This document shows positions 58,148 through 64,000 of a stretch of 64,000 bases of DNA, piece after piece. Location of the stretch: positions 256,001 through 320,000 of the forward strand of contig JBMNIH010000006.1 in NCBI GenBank assembly GCA_050950825.1. Direction: 5' to 3'. Source of the stretch: Clostridia bacterium. Its GTDB lineage: Bacteria > Bacillota > Clostridia > JAAYHZ01. Within the stretch, counting starts at the first letter, position 1. Every line of letters begins with the position of its first letter. The notes under the pieces were generated by a model, which made no database searches, was not told where the DNA came from, and saw nothing but the letters and a program-made list of their open reading frames with translations. The position numbers and the translations under genes were made by a program.

Positions 58148-59287
58148 TTACCATTCTACACTATGTCCATCGGGGATTTCAACCGCTTTCCCTTCGGGTT
58201 GGATCAACCGCTGGTGCAGGGCAAGGTAATGGATGATCAACCGAAGAACCGTTTCGTTTAGGATATCATAGCTTATGTTCAAGCGCCAGCAAATGGTTTT
58301 TTCCCCGAAGCCGGTTTTCAATACGGAGGGAGACAAATCCCCTTTCATATATACATGCCGCATGCATGTTTCTCCGCGGCACGGGCAGCTGGCTTCGTAA
58401 AAGTTTTTTACGATAAAAGGAGGAGCGTCGCTTAGAAATGGAACCAACCTGTTCGTGCTGACAAACATAAGAGAAAAACGCAGCATGGCTTTAAATCGTA
58501 TATCGAAAATCGCTGTCAGCAAAGGCGTCCTCTTTATTTTATAATGATAACAATGCACGACAAATTGAAAGCAATCCTTTTGCTCGCATTGAAAAGAATA
58601 GCCTAACGCTTTCATGTATCTTACAAGCCTTTTTACATTGCGGTATACGGGATCGTAATCAATCAGCCTGTCCAATACATATACAAAATTGGGGGTATAG
58701 CCTTTGTCCATGACCTCCCAATCGCAGCGGTAGAAATCGGAAAATCCCTTATCCCCTTGGTGTTCATGGCAAAGGGTTGCCAAGATAGACAGTCCTTCGA
58801 TCATTTTCGGAGCGTAACGATTGGATATTTCCACCTCACGTTCCATGATACGTATGTCGAATCCTAAACTAGAGGATAACATCGATAGCAGGATTCTTTT
58901 TCTTCTCTTATCGGACCGTAGGAATTCCTCCAGCAATTGGCGATTCAAATATAGCGTGTTTCCAAAAAGCTTGCCTAGGTATCCTGCCCGGTAGAGGAAC
59001 CGTAAAAAATCGTTGATCGTATGGTAAATCCGGTCCAAATCCTTTATGTAATTCTTTTTCGCTTCGGGAGTAAAGCATAATTCCATACAGGTATCCTGCT
59101 TTTTCGGAAAACCCAAAGCTTCCGGATGCTCGTATAACAGAAGATAAAAGGACTTTAGAAAGTCATGAATTTCCATGTGGCAGGATAAATAGGCTCCTTC
59201 CACCGGTGCAAACGGCGGCTTTAATACCATTAAATAATAGGCAGCCACTCTTTGTCCTAAGCTGTCGTATTTCTCCTTAATATACAT
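58148..59287 (-). CDS. Hypothetical protein with C-terminal Cys cluster
   Basis: 379-aa co-oriented ORF; CPCRGETC...KTICW near the C-terminus. Confidence 0.6.
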   Translation of the reverse strand: MYIKEKYDSLGQRVAAYYLMVLKPPFAPVEGAYLSCHMEIHDFLKSFYLLLYEHPEALGFPKKQDTCMELCFTPEAKKNYIKDLDRIYHTINDFLRFLYRAGYLGKLFGNTLYLNRQLLEEFLRSDKRRKRILLSMLSSSLGFDIRIMEREVEISNRYAPKMIEGLSILATLCHEHQGDKGFSDFYRCDWEVMDKGYTPNFVYVLDRLIDYDPVYRNVKRLVRYMKALGYSFQCEQKDCFQFVVHCYHYKIKRTPLLTAIFDIRFKAMLRFSLMFVSTNRLVPFLSDAPPFIVKNFYEASCPCRGETCMRHVYMKGDLSPSVLKTGFGEKTICWRLNISYDILNETVLRLIIHYLALHQRLIQPEGKAVEIPDGHSVEW

Positions 59288-59310
59288 ATCCCATATACTC
59301 TCATGTTTTC

Positions 59311-60165
59311 TTAGAGCAAATTTTTCAAATTCAAAGAGGCTTTGTACAAATCGTTTTTACTTACATCTTCACGATTCTTGGTAAGAATACCGATCGCTTC
59401 CTTCAGGGTACACCGGTTTTTTATCATGGTATCCACAAGGAGCGCTTCCAAAGAAAAGGATTCCTCCTCTTCTTCCTTCGGCTTCCCGGACACGTCCACA
59501 ATAACCGTATATTCTCCCAATTCGCTTTCGGGATCGTCTTTGATACGATGATATATGTCAAGAATATTTCCCGCCAGTATTTTTTCGTGCAGTTTCGTTA
59601 AATCGCTGCATAGGCATACATTCGCCCAAGGAATTTTGGAAGCGAAGTATTCCGTTAATTCTACGATCCTTTTCGGCGATTCGTAAAACACATACAAGTG
59701 CTCGTCGCCTTGAATCATCCTTTGGACCAAGGCATCTTTCTTTTTGTTTTCTCTCGGGAAAAAACCTTTGAAAACAAAGGAAGACGTGTCCATGCCGCTG
59801 ACCGATAAAGCCGTTATCACGGCGGAACAGCCCGGAACCGCCGTCACGACGATACCGTTCTCACGAGCGGCTTTCACGATTTCATAGCCCGGATCGGAGA
59901 TGCAGGGAGTTCCCGCATCCGATACCAGTGCCACATCCAAATCTTCCTTTTGCATTCTTTCGATGATTTGCTCCGTTCTTTCCTTTTCGTTGAACTTGTG
60001 GTACGAAATCATCTTCGTTTTAATGTTGTAATGATTTAAAAGCTTTATGGTATGCCGGGTATCCTCGGCTAAAATTAACCGGCAATTTTCCAACACCTCC
60101 AGTTGCCTATAGGATACGTCCTTTAGGTTCCCGATGGGTGTTGCCACAACATACAGTGTCGACAT
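59311..60165 (-). CDS. rsmI: 16S rRNA (cytidine1402-2'-O)-methyltransferase
   Basis: LYVVATPIGNL, AEDTRHT, VSDAGTPCISDPG, FYESPKR and LTKLHE motifs. Confidence 0.93.
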   Translation of the reverse strand: MSTLYVVATPIGNLKDVSYRQLEVLENCRLILAEDTRHTIKLLNHYNIKTKMISYHKFNEKERTEQIIERMQKEDLDVALVSDAGTPCISDPGYEIVKAARENGIVVTAVPGCSAVITALSVSGMDTSSFVFKGFFPRENKKKDALVQRMIQGDEHLYVFYESPKRIVELTEYFASKIPWANVCLCSDLTKLHEKILAGNILDIYHRIKDDPESELGEYTVIVDVSGKPKEEEEESFSLEALLVDTMIKNRCTLKEAIGILTKNREDVSKNDLYKASLNLKNLL

Positions 60166-60194
60166 GGTTTGCTCTCTTTCTTTTTCTTTTTTCC

Positions 60195-61817
60195 TTATTC
60201 CTCGTAACGGATTTCACCGTCTAAAACCGTCATAACGGAATGAATCTCAAGGATCTTTTCCTTCGGACATTCAAAGATGTCTTCGGAAAGACATACAAAG
60301 TCCGCCTTTTTCCCCGGTACAAGCTTCCCCTTGTCCTCGTGTCCGCTTCCTTGATAAGCGGCTTTTTCCGTATAGAATCGAACGGCCTTGTCAACATCCA
60401 CTCTATGATGCTCACCCAAACACATGCCCTTTTCGTTGATCCTTGTGACCATATTGAATATCCCGATAAAAGGGTTGAAGGGGTTGATGGATTCGTTCGG
60501 ATCGTGTTTGATCATGTGGTCCGACCCCGCCGCACAATGGATTCCGGATTCGTACAAAACGTCGTAAGGCAAGAAGGTATCGAAATCCTCTTCATCCAAG
60601 AAGGTGACCACCGCATGGGAGTCTTTGTAGAACCACGCCGGCTGGAATAACAACGCGGCTTTTAACTCTTTGATCCTTTTTAACGTATTCGAATCGGTGA
60701 AGTTTCCGTGGAGCAGCGCATGGCCTTCCGACAACCGGCCGTATTCGGCCTTATAGGCTTCCAATACGTCCAAAAACAAATCCGCGGATTTGTTACCCGT
60801 CGCATGAACGCAGAATTTCATGTGGTTTTCTTCGCATATTTCCAAAGAACGATACAAAGGATCGAAATCCGTACTTAAATTACCGTGGTAATCCTCGAAT
60901 TCGTACCCGAACAATTCCTTTACCCCGCGGTAAGGCTTTCTCATGTAGGAGGTTCCCGTTAAGATTCCTCCGTCGATCAAGCGTTTTCCGTATAGGGGCT
61001 TGATAAAGTCTTCCCTGTATCCGGATGTCGCTTTTTTCAATTCTCCCAGCTCTTCCGGATGGTCCGGGTTCATGACAAAGGTCAAAACGGCACGAATATG
61101 TGGTTTTCCTTGTTCGACGGCTCGCCCTAAGCCTTCTACTCCCCCCAAAAAGGACATGGCTTCCGTCACCGACGTAATTCCGCATTTCAAGTATTCTTTT
61201 GACAATGCCGAAAAAGCGCGGTCCGTTTCCTCGTTGGTAACTTGCGCTTCCGGGATGAATTTTTGAAATACGTTCCGCAGTCCCAAAACCCTGCCCGTAG
61301 GTTTTCCCTGCTCGTCGCGTATAACGCCGAATCGATCCGATTCGTATAGCCCGGTTATTTTCAAAGCCCGGGTGTTGCCCGCTCCGGCATAATAGCCGTC
61401 GGCATACACCGGATGGTCCGGTGCGGCTTCGTCAAGTTCGTGTAAATAAGGGAACCTGCGTTCTTCGATTCTCGTTGGATAAATATTCGGCAGATAGATC
61501 CATTGTCCTTTTTCCCGTTCTTTTGCTTTGGCCTTAATGTATTCCAATAACTCCTTTACGGATTTCGGTACGAACTGTATGGATTTCGCTTCGCTTAACG
61601 CGGCTCTCGTAAAATGGCTGTGGGTGTCAATTAATCCGGGAATCACCCTTCTTCCCTTTAAATCGATTCTTTCGCTGCCGGGATTAGCAAAGCTTTCCGC
61701 CTCGGAGGTTTTGCCTACAAATTTTATAATTCCGCCTTCCGTCACCATGGCTTCGACACAGGATGAATCTTTGTCCATGCAACTGATTTTACCGTTATAG
61801 AAGATTTTACGGTTCAT
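60195..61817 (-). CDS. Amidohydrolase-3 (YtcJ-like) family protein
   Basis: IPGLIDTHSH, HATGN, GSD, GKLVPGKKADF and TVLDG motifs. Confidence 0.87.
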   Translation of the reverse strand: MNRKIFYNGKISCMDKDSSCVEAMVTEGGIIKFVGKTSEAESFANPGSERIDLKGRRVIPGLIDTHSHFTRAALSEAKSIQFVPKSVKELLEYIKAKAKEREKGQWIYLPNIYPTRIEERRFPYLHELDEAAPDHPVYADGYYAGAGNTRALKITGLYESDRFGVIRDEQGKPTGRVLGLRNVFQKFIPEAQVTNEETDRAFSALSKEYLKCGITSVTEAMSFLGGVEGLGRAVEQGKPHIRAVLTFVMNPDHPEELGELKKATSGYREDFIKPLYGKRLIDGGILTGTSYMRKPYRGVKELFGYEFEDYHGNLSTDFDPLYRSLEICEENHMKFCVHATGNKSADLFLDVLEAYKAEYGRLSEGHALLHGNFTDSNTLKRIKELKAALLFQPAWFYKDSHAVVTFLDEEDFDTFLPYDVLYESGIHCAAGSDHMIKHDPNESINPFNPFIGIFNMVTRINEKGMCLGEHHRVDVDKAVRFYTEKAAYQGSGHEDKGKLVPGKKADFVCLSEDIFECPKEKILEIHSVMTVLDGEIRYEE

Positions 61818-61849
61818 CGTTCAAACTCCTTTTCTTTTTTCCTTCTCCA

Positions 61850-64000
61850 TTATACGTAAAGTTTTAGTTCCAAGCGGTTTTGCACTCCGTCCTTTGTCAT
61901 AAACTCCCCTTCGATAACCGCTTCCGAAAGCCCTACAGTCAATACATACTTTTTCCCGATTGTATCATACACCGTCGCTCTCCTAACCGTCTTTTCGACC
62001 CTTTCGTAAACCGGAGGGTATTTTCGCAAATACTCTTCCGTTTGGTCTCGGTTTACTCCCGACAGAACCACGGCACCGTCGTCTAAAATCCATTCCCCGT
62101 CGTTGTATACCCGGACCCCTTGTTCGATACGAGTACAAAACTCTTCGCAGTACAAAAATCCGTCTTTATATAAACTGTTAAAAATGCCGATCTGTCTTTT
62201 CCGAGGCCGGAATATTCGAACGTCTCCTTCCATGGCAATCAACGATAATTTGCCGTCAATATTTATGTAAGGACTGTTCGTTTCCATGACCCGGTCCGAA
62301 AGCCCTTGCTCTCGCCTTAACATAAACCGACCTTTCGAAGTCTCGCACAATCGTACATTCTCGTTAAAAATATCATTGGGAATACGAAGTAAGGTTCCTT
62401 TTACGCTCCTTACATATCTTTTTAAGTTTGAAGGTGCAAGCTGGACCGTAACGCATGTCCTTCCGTCCGGAAGAGCAATGAAAAGGTTTCGTACCTTCGC
62501 CACGGTCTCCATAGGAGGACTTCCTTCCTGCAAATCCTTGGTTATGACATCGGAGCAGCCGAAGGTTGCAAAACCGTTATCAAACAAGGAGGTTTGATGG
62601 TCAATGACCTCCCGGAAATTCCGTAACCCGAGCCCTGAAATCTCGCCGCATAGGTTTTCCTTCCACTCCGCCATACCGCTTGCATCTTTCGGAAGAAAAC
62701 ACCCTTGGGGTCTTTCCCCCGCAATCCAAGTAAAGGAAGCGACATTTTCCTTCCCCTTTACGATGGTGGACCCGTGGTAAGAATCGTGCCAAGAAAAAGG
62801 CTCTTGTAAAACGTCTTGGATATCTTCAATGGAATCCAACACGGAAGCTTCTTTTAAAGCCATAGACAGCACCGCGGCTCGGTCCGATTCCAAGCGTGTG
62901 AAGTACAAGGGGGACGAGACCTTCAGCTCCGATGCTCGATCCGATAAAAAGCATCCGTCCCCGTTATAGTCAAATTCCTTTTTCACCTGCAAAAGCCAAT
63001 TCCAAAGCAGCTTTTTCGCGGAAGGGTCCTTTTCCAAATCGCAAACCAAAAGCAGCACGGGTACCAAATAGTCTTGGCAATAGCAGTACCGGACACGGGT
63101 ATCTCCTCCGATACGATTCAATCGTCCGTCCGGGAACAGTAAATGCTTTACCAAATTCCACAGCTTATATCCGTTAAAGTATACAAATTCCGGTATCGGT
63201 ATGCCCAACGCTTTTAAGAAAAAATGGACCATGGCGATATTGGACAAGCATATGACCATATACCCTACATTCATATACCCGTGGTGGTTCAATGCAAATG
63301 AATCGAAAAAGTTGGAGCCTATGTATCTTTCCCCTACGGTTTTTCCCAAAAAGACCCTTTTGTCCTCCGAATCCCCGTCCGTGGATATACCGTTTACGAA
63401 AAAGTCGCACGCCTTATCCTGTATCCGTTGTTGTTCTTCGCCTTCGGCAAACATATATGCGGCGGTCAACAGATGAGCGCCGTTCCAAATGTTGCTCTCC
63501 GGCATGTTCTTTAGGCTTTGGGCAAGCTTTCCCGCTTTGATTTCGTAATCGAGAAGGTACTCGGCTTCGGAAAGCATCATTTTTCGAAACGCATGCTTGT
63601 CCTCGTCTGTCATATAATCCCACAGACATAAAACACCGTGAATCATGCGGCTGATTCCCAATGTACTGATCCAAGTATGCCCCCATTTCGTGCCGTCCGT
63701 GCACCGGCCTTCTCCCGTCAGATGGCTGTACAGATTAAACCGCAGCATCCCCAAAGCACGAAGGATATATTCTCGGTTGTTCAAATAGGTACCGGCAACG
63801 GCAAAAGCGCCGATGGCTTTTTGGAGCGTTTGAACGCCCCAGCTGTTGTATCCGGTACCGTAAACGAGCAAGCTTTCTTTACCGGGAAGGGCATCGATGT
63901 CTTTTGTCGCTTCCTTACACCACCCGTCCAGCATCCTTGCACACAATTCGGATACGGGGTTCTCGGTAAAAACCGGCTTTTTTATCGAAGCAAAATCCAT
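61850..64000 (-). CDS. Large hypothetical protein (start at or beyond the window end), probable alpha/alpha-toroid enzyme
   Basis: At least 716 aa open frame; motifs WGHTWIS, PESNIWNG, NHHGYMNVGY and GGDTRVRYCYCQDY. Confidence 0.6.
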   Translation of the reverse strand: MDFASIKKPVFTENPVSELCARMLDGWCKEATKDIDALPGKESLLVYGTGYNSWGVQTLQKAIGAFAVAGTYLNNREYILRALGMLRFNLYSHLTGEGRCTDGTKWGHTWISTLGISRMIHGVLCLWDYMTDEDKHAFRKMMLSEAEYLLDYEIKAGKLAQSLKNMPESNIWNGAHLLTAAYMFAEGEEQQRIQDKACDFFVNGISTDGDSEDKRVFLGKTVGERYIGSNFFDSFALNHHGYMNVGYMVICLSNIAMVHFFLKALGIPIPEFVYFNGYKLWNLVKHLLFPDGRLNRIGGDTRVRYCYCQDYLVPVLLLVCDLEKDPSAKKLLWNWLLQVKKEFDYNGDGCFLSDRASELKVSSPLYFTRLESDRAAVLSMALKEASVLDSIEDIQDVLQEPFSWHDSYHGSTIVKGKENVASFTWIAGERPQGCFLPKDASGMAEWKENLCGEISGLGLRNFREVIDHQTSLFDNGFATFGCSDVITKDLQEGSPPMETVAKVRNLFIALPDGRTCVTVQLAPSNLKRYVRSVKGTLLRIPNDIFNENVRLCETSKGRFMLRREQGLSDRVMETNSPYINIDGKLSLIAMEGDVRIFRPRKRQIGIFNSLYKDGFLYCEEFCTRIEQGVRVYNDGEWILDDGAVVLSGVNRDQTEEYLRKYPPVYERVEKTVRRATVYDTIGKKYVLTVGLSEAVIEGEFMTKDGVQNRLELKLYV

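Noticed and set aside
1-64000. CRISPR arrays, tRNA/rRNA genes, prophage or integron arrays
   Set aside because: Intergenic spaces are short and none shows regularly spaced repeats, cloverleaf or rRNA signatures; no phage genes seen.

Overview
Chromosomal window from an anaerobic, probably spore-forming Clostridia-type Firmicute. Nearly all genes are on the minus strand. Housekeeping blocks: a transcarboxylase-like trio (carboxyltransferase, biotin carrier, OadA-like subunit), yneA/lexA, miaB-ymcA-mutS-mutL-miaA-hfq, pgi, pheST and rsmI. Two complete mobile elements: an IS30-family element (9787-11392) with perfect 31-bp inverted repeats and an unusually long 13-bp target duplication, and a class C (IIC) group II intron (51886-53798, minus strand) inserted just after an intrinsic terminator. 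The best candidate for an undescribed system is an accessory glycan-catabolic locus at about 39-51.7 kb. It has three tandem ~930-aa lipoprotein paralogs, each combining a CxxC...CxxC zinc-ribbon-like insert with heparinase II/III-like lyase motifs. These follow an MLE-type enolase-superfamily enzyme, a cytoplasmic Asp-box (sialidase-like) propeller and an unknown helical protein. Upstream is an 885-aa PreA-PreT-ferredoxin fusion whose domain order is permuted relative to eukaryotic dihydropyrimidine dehydrogenase. Also found: an unannotated 49-aa ORF, a divergent amino-sugar operon (PIG-L deacetylase, NagB-like protein, Gfo/Idh/MocA), and four single-base frameshifts clustered at 11.9-20.5 kb, one in lexA, that are probably assembly errors. 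Family assignments come from motifs read by eye; no database searches were run.
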